Shown: piece by piece, positions 1-13,400 of the stretch
How positions within the stretch are numbered: the first letter of the stretch is position 1
How the letters are laid out: the number at the start of each line of letters is the position of its first letter
Assembly: GCA_977017645.1 (NCBI GenBank)
Contig: OZ360225.1
Coordinates: forward strand, 62,372,001 to 62,436,000
Length of the DNA: 64,000 nucleotides
DNA from: Torpedo marmorata
Taxonomy: Eukaryota
Direction: 5' to 3'
The notes under the pieces: model-generated
Database searches by the model: none
Seen by the model: the letters and a program-made list of their open reading frames with translations, nothing else
What the model was told of the DNA's origin: nothing
Position numbers and translations under genes: made by a program

Positions 1-85
1 TGAACTGAAATATTGAGAATTCCTTCCACCCTGCCCAACAGAAGCTGCTTGACCAGCTCAGTTCCTCCAGCAGTTTGTTTTTTGG
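1..85 (+). mobile_element. Degraded Penelope-like (Neptune) terminal fragment
   Basis: gctgcttgaccagctcagttcctccagcagtttg matches the terminal motif shared with the other copies in the window. Confidence 0.55.
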
Positions 86-3000
86 ACTAAAAGGACAGAT
101 TTATAGCACTTGCCTTCAAGGCTTGGCAATTCCTGCTTTTGACAGCCACCAGCCTCCCACTCTTCAATTTAAGTTTCTCTGCTAACCACTTAAAGAAGCC
201 AATTGAGTCCCCATATGCTTTTTGCAGGCATCTCTTGAATGGCCAGATTTATGCATGGTAAAATTTAAGAAATGGGAATAGGATTGCTTAATCCTGATAT
301 TTTAAAATCACCAATCCTTTGAGTCTTGTGGACTTTGCTTGATATCTTTGGCAGCATTTTCTTACATGAGTTATCCCCCTCTGCCAAGAAAAATGCCAAG
401 GCAGGAAGAAAATTCATCTCTTCTGAACAGAATTCATTGGTGCAAATATTAGAGCTGTTTCTGTAATTCAATGCTCCGCCTTCTTGTTTTGAGGTAAAAC
501 CCACCTTGTGTGTGGCTGTTTATCTCAGACTCAATGTCTGCAGGTGACAAGCAAGCAGATATATGCACTCTAAACAGAATTCCTTGAGTGTTGTCCACTG
601 AGAACAATTTGGGGCAGAAAGAGAGAGAGAGCCCATTTTGTCCATTTGTGTCTATGCTAGCTCATTCTTGGGAATGAGCTCGCTAATTAGTCTCACTTCC
701 AAACCCTTTACATTCAGCTCTGCAATATTCTACTCCAAGAAATTATCCAACCCCCTTTTGAACATACCATTAAATCAGGTTGCACCAGGTTTTCAAGGAT
801 CACAGTCTAGCTCACAGTAACTACCGGTAGTTATGCAAAAATAATTCTCTCCTCTGGTTTTACCTCAAATCCATGCCCTTTTGTAACTGAACCTCTTGGC
901 CATGTAACAAATAGAGGCCAAGTCCAAGATGCTCCCTACTTCCACAATAAACTGCAAGGAGCGCCCAACAAAGAGTTTATTCAGCTTTGTTTATGCTATT
1001 TCTGATTAAATTACCAGGGGAAATATTAAATTTTCCACAAATATATCCTATACAAGATCGGATTTAATGCAGTTGAACCCCAGTACATTCAGTTCCACAT
1101 GGATGACAAGTGTATGTATACAACCAGAAATAAAGCAAAGCAAATATGCACTATAAAGCAATTTACTTGAACCCAATTTTTATTATCTCATTCACAATCA
1201 TTGAAGGCTTATTTCCAGCAACACGGGGCTGTGACCTTGCAGCCACGTCATTTAGATTCCTCATTCATTTTTAACCAACCACCCTTATGCCAATGATAAA
1301 TGACCGCATGGATCATTTTCATATTTTGATCAAATCCAGATAAATAATTGAAAAGCGAGAACTCTGTAATGGCACTGCGCGGAATCCCTTGTGACGATGC
1401 GATGAAGTTCTATGTAATCACATCACTACTGATCATGAATGTTTGTGCTAGAACCATTTCATCAGGACAGAATTATTCTTTCTGGCACATGATGCCGCTC
1501 AATACCAGGATCTACAGCCGTAGACGAGTGAGTGTCAGTCGATTTTTAAAAACATATTCGTAAACACTTAGACTTAATGGACCAGTAAAAGCTGCCAACA
1601 CTTCACTATGACGTTTGAAGTCCAGTTATTAAATCTGCTCCTTCACTAGAATTTCTCACCGTCATTAGCAAGTAATAATCCTTAAATTCTTCCCACCCTG
1701 CGAGAGAACCGGATTTCTTTCTCTTCTGCTGAGCGCGAATTACTCAAGGATCATTCTAACTGATGCCAGCGACTGATCAATGCTCACTGTTTAATGTGAT
1801 CCGCTGTTTCTTTTGCCCGCTGACCAATTCTATTTTACGCCGCGAGAAATAATTGAGTAATGAGTACAATACTTTCAATTAATAGTTTAATATTTACAAG
1901 GAGATGTACTATATTTTATTAAATATCGCTTCGTCCTACGTGTAATTTATCGGAAAGAATCCGTGATGATACCTAGGGGAAAGCATACATTAGCATTTAA
2001 ATTATAATTGATGTCTTTAACAAAATACAGTCTAAATAATTTGATATTGCCGTTGCTGTTGGAAATAAAGAACATATATTACAGCCACAAGCCATGTTTT
2101 AAGTGCGTTCATTAAATCATAACACAAGAATAAAACGGTGACTAATTTACCAAGGTAATGAAACCCCTATAAATCTCCCAGCAGGTAGCCGAAGTAATTT
2201 CCTGCAATTTTAAATGAAAAATAGTAAACTGAACTGCTGATGGATCCTTAAAAAACATATTTGTTTAATGTGCATTCGCGTTCATTGGAGAGAATTCCGG
2301 AGAGTTTATTTCCGTGATTATGACGCCTGGTGTACATTCTGTACTTTTCGTGTACTGATTAGAAGATCAGCGTTGACACATTCATTGGTCGGGTCGCCTT
2401 TACCGCTTTTATCTGGTTGCCATTAGAACACCAGTGATTGTAGTCTCCTCACTTGGAAGCGATTTCTGGCTGCAGAAATGCAAAACATTTTAAGCATTCA
2501 AACTTAGACGCTCTTTATTGGGTCCCGGTGTTTAGAGTTGCAATAAATCTCAGCAACGCATTTCATATTGCAACGCTTAATGCCTATTCTATTCCAGTAA
2601 CCGTACACTTGTGAAATGAATTGCTTTCTATTGCAGCAATGTATGACTAGCCGTAGCTGGCCGATATCTCCACACACTAGCGAAGCGACACATTTTCTGT
2701 CTCTGAGAGGGATGACTCCAGCCAGATAGAATTCTTGGCGCTTTTTATGAATTAGACCCAATTCGTTGCTGTCATCTTAAAGATAACCTTGTCATTTTAT
2801 GAATAATTTATTGTGTATCAATATCTGAGAATTATGATGCCGGGCTAGGGTGATTTCGGTGGTAATAATTTACAATACAATACAAAGAAACGAAAAGTTT
2901 GCAAAACCATTGTCATTCTCTCTCACACACGCATAACCGTTTGCGGTTTTGACATCTTACCGCAATAACCCAAAAGTAAACGGCCTGTGCTGACATCACA

Positions 3001-5291
3001 GCGAAACCTGCGGTATAAAATATTCCCCCTTCATTGTAAGTCGAGTGATGTGTTGCATCTTCATAGGAGAGCCCATGAACAGCGAGGTTAATCACTGGGC
3101 GTGATTAACCTTCACGATTACAGTAATTTCACGGGCAAATCACAGCTAGAAAGAGTCGACCCAACGAGACACCTCATCGTTAGTACTCAATCCGTGGGAG
3201 ACGGAGGCAGCTGTTAAACTTCCCTGATGCTTCCAGTGATATTCCATTTATTCACATAATCCTTCTCTGTTCTATTCCTCTGACACTTGCATTCAAAAAC
3301 CCACCTGTTTGCACATTTGCACAATCTTTTTTGACAGTCCATTGGCTCCTGTTAAATTGCCCTTTAAGTGGATCCGACATTCTGATATAATTGATTTATT
3401 AAGAATTAATGCTGTGCTCGTTACAATCTACTGAGCGGTCATCTTCCCTGCAACAATCAAATAATAAAACTGGGGACCTACAGCTACAAAGTTTCTTGTA
3501 AACGTGGCAACAGGAAGGCATATATTTATCTAACAGAAATAGATTTAAATATTGCCTTTTTTACACTGCAGTTACAGGGAGCTCCAAGCAAACTTAAAAG
3601 ACAGTTGTCTGCTCATATAAAGCTTTTTAGTTCTGGGAAGGCGATCGCCAAGGTCCTGTAATAAATTAAGAAGTAATATTAATTCAGAGAATATTGATTT
3701 TGCTATAAAAATAACAGGGCATAAAATAGGACTTTTAAATTGCGTGGCCTTTTTACATTTTGTAGCCGGTGTTTATCTTTCATCTTATTAGCAAGGCAGC
3801 ATATTTGTGATGATCGTTTGATTTTGAAAACATTACACTCGTCTTGTTCTCTTTACCTGGGCATTCTGACTCGTACACCGCCATCTGCTCAGCAATCTCA
3901 GTCACAACCGCCGGGACAAAGAAACCAATGCAACTTGGAAAGCAGGAAATATCTTCTACAGGTCGTAAACCCGAACAGCAATTAAAATCACGAACAAGAG
4001 AGTAACCGTTCATTTAGGCTTAACATAATATCATGGGGGTGGGGGTCGCTCCTTAAATCACAATCGACAGAAACTCCTCGGGCACATGCGAAATTTGAAA
4101 ACATTTAACACAAGGTGCCATATTTTGGGAATTGAAAGTGAGACTTTGAGAACAAATACGAACATATTGGACTCGTGATTTCAATGTATTCCGTCGGCAG
4201 CAGTCGCAAGGCCCCTTTGTTTGCAAAATTGCATTTAACGTTATTACAAAATAAAGGATTAATATACAGTAATTCCAGATCTTATACTGAAATAATCTCC
4301 CTCGGGGCAATTAGGACGGCTCGTAAATCAATTGAAAATTCGCTCTCACGATTGCAAATACACTATCGATGAGCCTCCTTGTTATTACCAAGTGGACCCA
4401 CATATTCAGTGAGGAAATTAGTCTCCAGCAGTTTTTGTGTTACATTTTTACAACCTACAAAGTATTGTTTTCATTTTGTTAATGTACTATTATACGGGAG
4501 TGTGATCGTGAATAAAAAATAGACTTACTGCAAGGGAACCAAGCAACCACCAAGATAAATTGTTAAGTGCCAGGCAACCCTCCTCAATTGTGGCATTGGA
4601 ATTTCCAATTAGGAATTATTTAAAAAGAGGCAAAAAACATCGATCCTTGACACAAGTTTGTGACATCGTGTTTTTTTGTGAGAGGCAGAGACTCGAACTA
4701 ACGTAGAGAAAATACGTTTGAAGCAAAATACCCTCGCGTGAGGTTTAAATGTCTCAGTTTAACTGTACAAACGAGATACTGAACCTGGACTTTTTGAGTT
4801 GTCGGTCTATTTGGAGACGGAGTGAATGAAGTAGAAAGGCAGAACTAAAGCACGTAAAAGACATTTAAATATTTCAATGACGCTATTCTTCGAGTCAGGT
4901 TAGAATGTGTCCAATGGTGATCTCCGGCTTCAAGTGTACCGGACCCCTGTGTAATTTACATCTAGCTCACAAACGATTCCAGGGGGAGTTGAAATACAAC
5001 CTTCGCATTTACAAACTGCGATTTTAAAAAAAAAGTTAACTCCTGGAATAAGGGAATCACCTCCGAGTCCAGTCAAAATCCACAAAAAAAAAGATAATAT
5101 TTGGAAAAACTTGGACATTATTAGGTGTACATTTGGAATAAATAATTCATTTGCCTTTTTAATGCACATTTCCAAATCTGCAGAACGGTCAATGTGTTCA
5201 CCGGACCGGAATGTGATTTTATCTCATGTTCCTAAAGTGTAGCACTCGGGATATGATCGAAATTTTGACAACTGTCATCAGTAAGTGCGTG

Positions 5292-5398
5292 GTAAAAACA
5301 CAAAAATTCTGGAGGAACTCAGCAGGTTTTGCAGCGTCTATAGGAGGTAAAGATGTATAACCAACGTTTCGGGCCGGAAGCCCTTCTTCAGTAAATGT
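5292..5398 (-). mobile_element. Penelope-like terminal fragment with hammerhead-like core
   Basis: Closely similar to 42070-42180. Minus strand reads CTGAAGA A GGGC TTCCG GCCC GAAA CGTT. Confidence 0.75.
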
Positions 5399-5766
5399 GT
5401 AGAGTGATTTCCAACAATTACCCACTGAGTTTTCTATGTTAGTCCAAGGGTTAACAAGACGCTTCACGTCACTTTAATGAGGTCTGCTTAGCTGCAAGTT
5501 CCCAAGTTACTCCATGCATTGGAGACGCGGTTTCTCACTCTCTCTACAGCTGCTGCCTGCCCTGCCGGTTGTTTCCAGCTCTTTCTGATTTTATATTATT
5601 ATTGAATAATCTGACTGATAAAAGTTCAAGATCGTTTTTTTTTAATTGAAGACCGGGTTCTTTTAAGCAGTAAGTGTTTATCGAATAAAAGTGCTTAAAA
5701 CACAAATACCATCGAAAAAAATCGTCGAAATCACTGTTCAGTGTTTGTGATTCCAATACCTGCCTT

Positions 5767-5832
5767 CGTGTATTTACCACCTCGTGTATTTACCACTACA
5801 TGTATTTACCACTACGTGTATTTACCACTACG
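5767..5832. repeat. 16-bp minisatellite x4 (CGTGTATTTACCACTA)
   Basis: Four adjacent units starting at 5767, 5783, 5799 and 5815, each with 0-2 mismatches. Confidence 0.95.
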
Positions 5833-8441
5833 CCTATTGAAATAATCGATTCCAGAGGTTTTCAATTTATCAGTTCTAAATATGACAGTAATAATCCTTA
5901 TCTGTTGGCATGCAAATATCCCATGTATGTTTTGGCATTAGTGTATTATCTTGAATTCCTGAATATTGATGATTGATATATTACATGCAACACTCCGTGG
6001 ATACTGAGGAAGATTAAGTGAAATATTAACTCTTTTTTTCACAGATGCTAATTTTTCCCCAATATTTTCTGCATTTGCTTCAGATTTCTGTAATGTTTCG
6101 GTCTTGCATTCGGAATCGACACCTCCAACTAGGATGACTGAACACGCAGTCGGAAACGAGAAACTAAACGGCAAGCACAGTTTAGATCAATGAGAAGCCA
6201 TCATATGAGATTTGCATGTAAATAGCGTGTGCAGCAGTCTCATCTGATCACGTGAACATTGCTATTATCAGTATTATCTCGTCTCAGGTGGGTTGAGAAA
6301 CGGTACTGTTTAAACACGAATGTTAACATGACGTTCTCTCAAGATACACTTTTCAAACAGTTTTCTTTTTCTGGGTTGTATTGGTCCACACATATTCGGG
6401 CGAATAACCAACAGCTATTAAGTGTGGGAGTTCTGTGCAGGATAACAGTAGAAATTGTTGCTGAATATTCCCAATTCAGAGGATGCTGCTGAGTTTTTTC
6501 GAGACATTATTTTTAGATTTCGATTGCCGGGGTTAACAAACAGATTTAAATAGTCTAGCCGACTTCCTAATTTACTGTGTTTTTGGTTTGCTCTTTCCTG
6601 AATCTGTTTTTCTGTATTGCTCCTCCCACTTTATGTTCCCCCTTTCTGGTTCAATGCCTCACCTTTTAATTTTCAGTGTTCATTGTGCCCACCCTGTTTA
6701 ATATTCCTCATATTAACAAAACAATATGTTGAATATTCAGTAATATTGTCATGATCTTACCCTGGTGGGTTTGGATAAGTATGTTAGCTATGGTTTACTT
6801 TTTATCATTATGATTTTTATGGGTGACTTCACCTGTATTTGTGCACTATGGATGGGGTCATAAATTTCCTCCAACCTCACGATCTGGTGGGTTCCTCTGC
6901 AAAATTACAGAGCTCAAAGACTGAGCCACAATAAGTTTATAGTTTGCCTGTATTCCTGCCCCGCTCCTGGTCTCCTCCAAATAAATTGCATAGCAATTTA
7001 GAATTCTGCATTAGATTCAGCAATGCTGAACGATTTTAATTGTTGTACTAGATTTGTATTGCTTTCTGGTGTAGAACCTTTAACCTATACTGGCATTTAA
7101 AAAAATAACTGGATTAAATGTTTGAATTTATAACTTTTTTATTAACAAATCTTACTTTGACCAGATAGGTATTCCACATTCATTTATTAAAACCATTTAG
7201 TTGTAGAGTTTGATCTAGTTGGAACTGTTTTTCAGCTTTAAAGGTCTGGATAATATGAAATTTAGCTTTGAATCAATAATTGGCATTTAACAGATAATAT
7301 TGGTCAAAGGTTTACAATGGCATAACATAGGCAATCCAATGCTATATACCAGTTCTATGGTATGATTGATTTCGCTTTTGATGAAAAATATTTAACACAG
7401 AATTTTTGAGAGATATAATTTGTATATCATTTTGATTGAAATTAAGGTGGAAGAAAGTTGCTATCCAATCAGTGCAGAATACTCTGCCAAGTGCTGTGAA
7501 GGTCACCTTGAGAACATACTTTTGTTCTCCAGAATCAGCAAATAAATTTCTGGTTGATTATTTTCTCTCACTAAAAGTTTAATTGATGTATGTGGATGTT
7601 AGTGAATGCAACCTTGGTGACAAAGCTACTCTCCTGTGTAAAGCACAGTGAATTTATCACTCTAACTCAGCATTGTTAACTCTGCACTTTTGAAACAGTT
7701 ACTTTATAAACCATCACCATAACAAAACAAGAGTTCTGTTTCTGTTCATATTTGTTGGCATTTTAAAAACTTTTCTGTGTTCTGATTCTAGATATAAAAT
7801 TCACCCAAAAAGTGAGGTTGTAAAAATTTGAGAAGTCTGTGGAAAACTATGTACATTAAATAACCTGAACATATTTTCAGGGATTTATAATTTGCAGAAT
7901 TTTTTTTACTTAAATTCTTTTTAATATTATATGCATCTTTATGGAATTAATAGGAAATCATGCTCGATGTGGCTTATTCAAAGGATATGTCATGTTTTAA
8001 ATTTAAGATGCAATTACAATATAACATCAAAGAATTAAGATGTAAATAAAGTTTTTCCTGATGATATTGCATGAACGTAATGGCAACAACTTTGGTGAGT
8101 TATTACATCTAAATTCTTACTTTTCTGTGTTCTGCCATTTATCTCACTGGTTTGGAACAGAGGTTCTCAACCTCTTTTCACCCAAAGATTACCTTAAATA
8201 TTCCTTTACTTACTACAAACTACCACTGGGGGAAGGGGAGGGGGTGAGGTCAAGCAATCTTAAACCCCTTCCCAGACAACGGATGGGATCTTTATTTTGG
8301 TGGTAAAATATGAGATTTCTTTTGTTTTTTACGACTTTGTTTTACATGTAACTTGTTTATTTAACGAGTAATCTTTAACTTTCTCATGGTGCATTAGGTT
8401 GAGAAATACTGGTGTAGATCATGAAAGAAGTAAAATAATGT

Positions 8442-8488
8442 TGTGTGTGTGTGTGTGTGTGCGCGTCTGTGCATGCGTGCGTGTGTGC
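8442..8488. repeat. (TG)n microsatellite, degenerate at the 3' end
   Basis: Read directly from the sequence. Confidence 0.9.
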
Positions 8489-10429
8489 AATTCTCAGCTT
8501 AGAAACTTGCAAGGAGTACGTACATGAGGAGATTCCTTCTACTAGTTTTTCTTTTAATGAAGAGAACTGAATGAAGTTCAGTTTTTGAAATAAATCAGAG
8601 GGCATTGTTAAATTCTAATGTTAAAAATTAGTGTCAATATTTCCTGGACAGGGTAAATAAGGGTACAAGGGAAATTCTAATTTATTGCTCTGGAGCAATC
8701 CATACGGAAGCTTTAACAAGGAGTTTTATTTTGTTCCAACAGTACAACTTTGACAATGATGGGGAATTTAGATTGATATCATTTTTTTTATTTTTGCCCA
8801 TTTTTTTGTTACTTCAAGAAAACTGTGAAAGTTGAAGAAATAAATATGTAGTATTGCAAGGGGACATACATTTAATATTGGTAGGAGAATCAGTGAATGA
8901 AGGAAGGAATTGGATCTTTTGATTTTAACCCTCAATGCAATGCTTCCTCTGATCTAAATGGCCCATTGAAATTACAACATTTTGAAATAGAAGGAGGTTA
9001 TGAAGCCCGTCATGTCCATGTCCCTGCTAGCCATCATATTATCTATTTGTTCCCACCACTTCTCTCCACTTCCTTCTTGCTCCTTAGTGTCAAAGGTAAT
9101 GGTTGTTGCAATTCTCATCCAAGAACCTTTTAAACATGTTGAATGGTTTTGTCTCCATTACCCTTCAGACAGTGAGTTCCAGGTTCTTTGCTGAACATTC
9201 TCCTCCAATACTTTTATAAATGAACTGATATGTGTGCCTTTGAATATTGACCTCACTGTGAAGGGTAATGGATCTTCCTGTTCAGGCTGACTAAACCTCT
9301 CATAACTTCAGGCACCCAAATTAAATCTCTTCATGATCCTTTTTTTTTTCACTGAAAATAAACCCGACTTGGACAATCTCCCCGAATAATTATAAACTTA
9401 CAGCTTTGGTAACATCCTTTCAATCTCTTTAGGCACCCTCTCCATTGATAGTGTATCCTTTCTGTGATACGGTGACTGTATGCCCACTCTAATAGTGGCT
9501 GAAATGGTGGTTTATGCAATTCGTGTGCAACCTTGTATCCATTCCTCAATCATTACAGGTAAATATCACAAATATCTCTTATCTACCCGTCTTTCTACGT
9601 CAGGCATTTATGGTATACACTTCAAGATCCTCCTGTTCCTTTATGCTTCATAGTTTCCTACTATTTATTATGTATTCCCTTAAATAAGTATTATGTAATA
9701 AACAAAGATGAAATAAGATATAGCTTCTCAGTTTCAGAAGTAATATTCCACTTCATATTAATAAATTAGCCAATGAAAGATGCTCCCATTTTAACCCCCA
9801 GCAGGTCATTTAATAATTCACATTTAATAGTTTATTTTAAATTAGATAACACTTACATCAAATTCCGTTCAAAAAGGATACTGCAGTGTTAAATACTCTC
9901 ATTAACAGGTTCTATAGAAGGACATCATCATAAACCACAAATTCCTACTCTGTTTTTCTTTGAAAATTGACAGGTCAGGAAAGAAAAAAAAAACACATTT
10001 TTTACCTTGCAAATCATATCCTGCATTTTTTTTTATTTATTCCATATGACAAAATAGTAACCTAGACTAAGACATCCATTTCAGTCAGTAGATGTGTCAA
10101 GCCATCAAGATTTAATAAAAATATTGGATATAGGTAACAATTCCCAAGTCATTCAGGTTGGCTTCCCAGCTCCACATGGTATCGCAGTAAAAAAATAGTG
10201 TCTCTCTTCACCATGTAGAGAGGAACAACCAGCGTTTGAATGCAAAAGGGTTCCGTTTACCTACTGCCCTATTTACATTGCTTTAGAAGTCTTAAGTTAC
10301 AGATCCTTATGGATAGAACACTACATGGTACCAAATGCTACCATTTGGATAACAAAATTTTCACACTGAAAATGACACAGATAAATAAAACATTCAACTG
10401 CTGAAAATACAGCAACGTTAAGCCACCTT

Positions 10430-13400
10430 ACAACTTGTTTTGTTTCATTTTATTTATGCTCTTGAAAGGTTCCCATAATCACCCACGCTTAGTGCTATAA
10501 AGGTGGAAGTACCACAGGATTGACACATTGTTCTCACTGCAGGAACAAATCCCCTTGCATTAAATACAACAATTTTAGAGGGGGGCAAAACAGCTCTTCT
10601 GCGATCGATCTTGACACTTTATGTTGGTTGATTATAACAAGATGGCAGAAACAACCAGAAAAGTGATTCTTCTAGAATTCCTTAAAGGAGTTGTAAAATT
10701 TTATTTTCAACAAGCGGATTGCCCACTTTTAGTCCATTCAATATACCTGCTGTGCAAACTCCACCATGAGATTACCATGTATTTAGCCCAATTCATATTG
10801 CATTATCTCTTCAAAAACAATTAGCAGTTTTTACACTACCGTCACCGTGCTTTCAACGCAAATAAAAATGAGGTAGTACTGTACACGAAACGGTTACTGT
10901 TAGTTCAAGTTTTGATTAAGCTCCACCCATCACAATTTGCTAGCTTACTTAATATGTAGATTCAAAACATTGTCAGACTCTTAATATGGTGTACCATTAA
11001 TAAACCATCACTTGTTGTATCACTCTTTTACCATTTGTTTCCAAAGTATGTCAAGGAGAAAAAAAGTCAGTTTGGAAGGCATTTCCAGCATTTTAAAGAT
11101 AAAGGAAAGTTTACAACAGTTTCATCAGCTTCATAAGATAGGCCTTCTTATCATATACATGTAATGCTTGTGGAAATTTTATTCAACCTTAAATCTGCTG
11201 GGTTTAAGAAGGTCAAAATCCTCTTTTACTCATCTCAACCATATGATAAGGTGCAAGGTATTTATCCCAGCTTCATCACAGAATTAAGTCAGTTTGGTGT
11301 GAAATTTCTCCAGTTGATAATTTAATGAAGAAGTACAAAATGGGATTTCCTGCTTGTTGATATATTCAGTAAAACTGTTCAGAGGAGGAGCTTCACCCTC
11401 CCTAAAGATCAGTGGCACAAAGGTCAGACCTGCAATAATACCAAGAGAACCTTTAGAAACAAAATAAAGTTACTCCACTTGACTTCATTTTGCTTCATTT
11501 CTAGGTCTGCATTTTGTCCCATTTAGACTCACACAGAATGGGGTGACTTTATCATCTTGTTCTTGGAAGAACACTTTGTCAATCAGAATAATCGATTGGT
11601 ACATAAACGAAGATGTGCTCTATTCCATGAGTTGACAATACGTTTGTAGCGACTTTCACTCTCACATCTCTGTGCACGTGGCTAATAGTGACTTTAGGAA
11701 GAATGGGCAGTGCTATAACAGGGTTGCTGCTGGTAACCTAGCAGTACTTCGGAGGAGGGAGCTACTGCCAACACTTGAAGCAGACAAATGCATATGATGT
11801 GGATTTTCACAGCACTTCAGTCACGCTTTACGACAACAGTTCCAGATGTGCGTTTACAATTGGGTGTCACTGTGAAGATGAGGGTTCCAGTTGAAGGAAA
11901 TCCTGAATTAGCAAGATTACTGGAATTTAAACAAAACTCTCTTCTCTAACCTGCAGTGGCATGTATATGGGGGAAAGTATGGGCACATGGGCAGGGTTAT
12001 TTAAAGATTCTTCATGGACTCTTCTCTTACTTGTCCTCGGCAAAAGCTCCATGAAGTGTGCAAAATATAAGCAACTCGAAAATCTTGGGGCAGAAAACTT
12101 ATGCTCCAGTGTAAAAATGCCCCGTCTCTGGTCACTATAAAAAAATGGAGAAAGGCCAGATTCATACTGGCATGTGAATTAAAAGAAAATCTTTTCAAGC
12201 CTTCCATCTTGGTGTGTGCTTTACTAAAAACAATGGAAACAGGACAATTAAAGTAGAGCTTGCCAGATCCAGATCGACTTTCTCATGAGCTGCAGCATGT
12301 AAAAGTTATTTTCCATCAGAGAAAATAACAATAAAAGATTTCATGTTGACACCTACTTTAGGGGACAAATAAAATGTCCAATTTCTAACCAATTAAACAA
12401 TATAGGACTCTGGTGGGTTCAGTTTCCTTTCTGCAACTTTAGCACCCCCTTTAACATGTTTCCATAAATTCTTGTCTATGCCATTTTAATGTGGAGTCTA
12501 AGCCATTCAAAATAATTGAGGTGTGTCAAAAGTACTCAGACAGATTTTTTTTGGAAAATGTTAATTGTACTAAAAAAAGGTTGTAATAAATCTGCAAGGA
12601 TTACTGTCTTTAAACAAAAAACCATTATGTTTTGAAATATTTGAAGTACAATGGCATCAAACATATACTTAGTCCCAAAATTGCATGCCATTTAACAATC
12701 TTTATTAGTGTGCAGAATTGGGCAAGCAATTAGTATGCACCAGATCACTTAAATATTACTAATTAAAAGAAATGTGCACATTCTATAGTGAGTTTGGGGG
12801 AGAAGGGGTGGATTGTTGGGAAATCACTTTTTTATCAATAGATATGTGAAAATAATGCTTTGACACAAACATGTTAAAATAAAACAAGGAATTTCTTTCC
12901 TGGGCTGAGATACCATATTTCATAAATAAACTAAAAAATACCATATATATGCTTTTAGGAATAAACAGTGTGTTCTCTCAAAATACTGTAAAATCTGGTG
13001 TATGTCTATTTTTGAGTACTCTTGAAAAGGTGTGCATGTAAAAGTGACTTGTACACTGGTATTTAAGGTAACTGAAGTTGGAAGTGAATGCATCTAGAGC
13101 AAGTCACATGTTAAAGTTTTAAAATGTCATTTAATGGAGATTTCACTTCCTCACACAAAACTTTATATTTTTTTTAATCTGAAATACATCTCTGACTTAA
13201 AAGGGCATAGCAGCATTAAAAACATTTAATATTTTCTCATTCTCACCCCACCCCTCAAAAAAAGCGGTTACAATGGCAATCGCTTGCATTTGGGGGAAAA
13301 GGAGTAAAAACGACAGGTCTGCAACCTTATATTCTTCCTAAAGATGAGAAGAGAGACTTCCAGACTTAACCAAAGTATCTGCGTTCAATTTAAGGTGGTT

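Larger units (their letters stand above)
1200..6400. promoter_or_regulatory. CpG-enriched, repeat-poor non-coding block; candidate enhancer/CNE cluster downstream of SALL3
   Basis: Visibly more CG dinucleotides than the flanks despite low GC, many TAAT/ATTA and SOX-like ACAAT words, and no credible ORF. SALL3 loci are known to sit in arrays of conserved non-coding elements. Confidence 0.45.

Noticed and set aside
5767-5832. CRISPR-like array
   Set aside because: The units are contiguous with no spacers, there are no cas genes, and the context is vertebrate.
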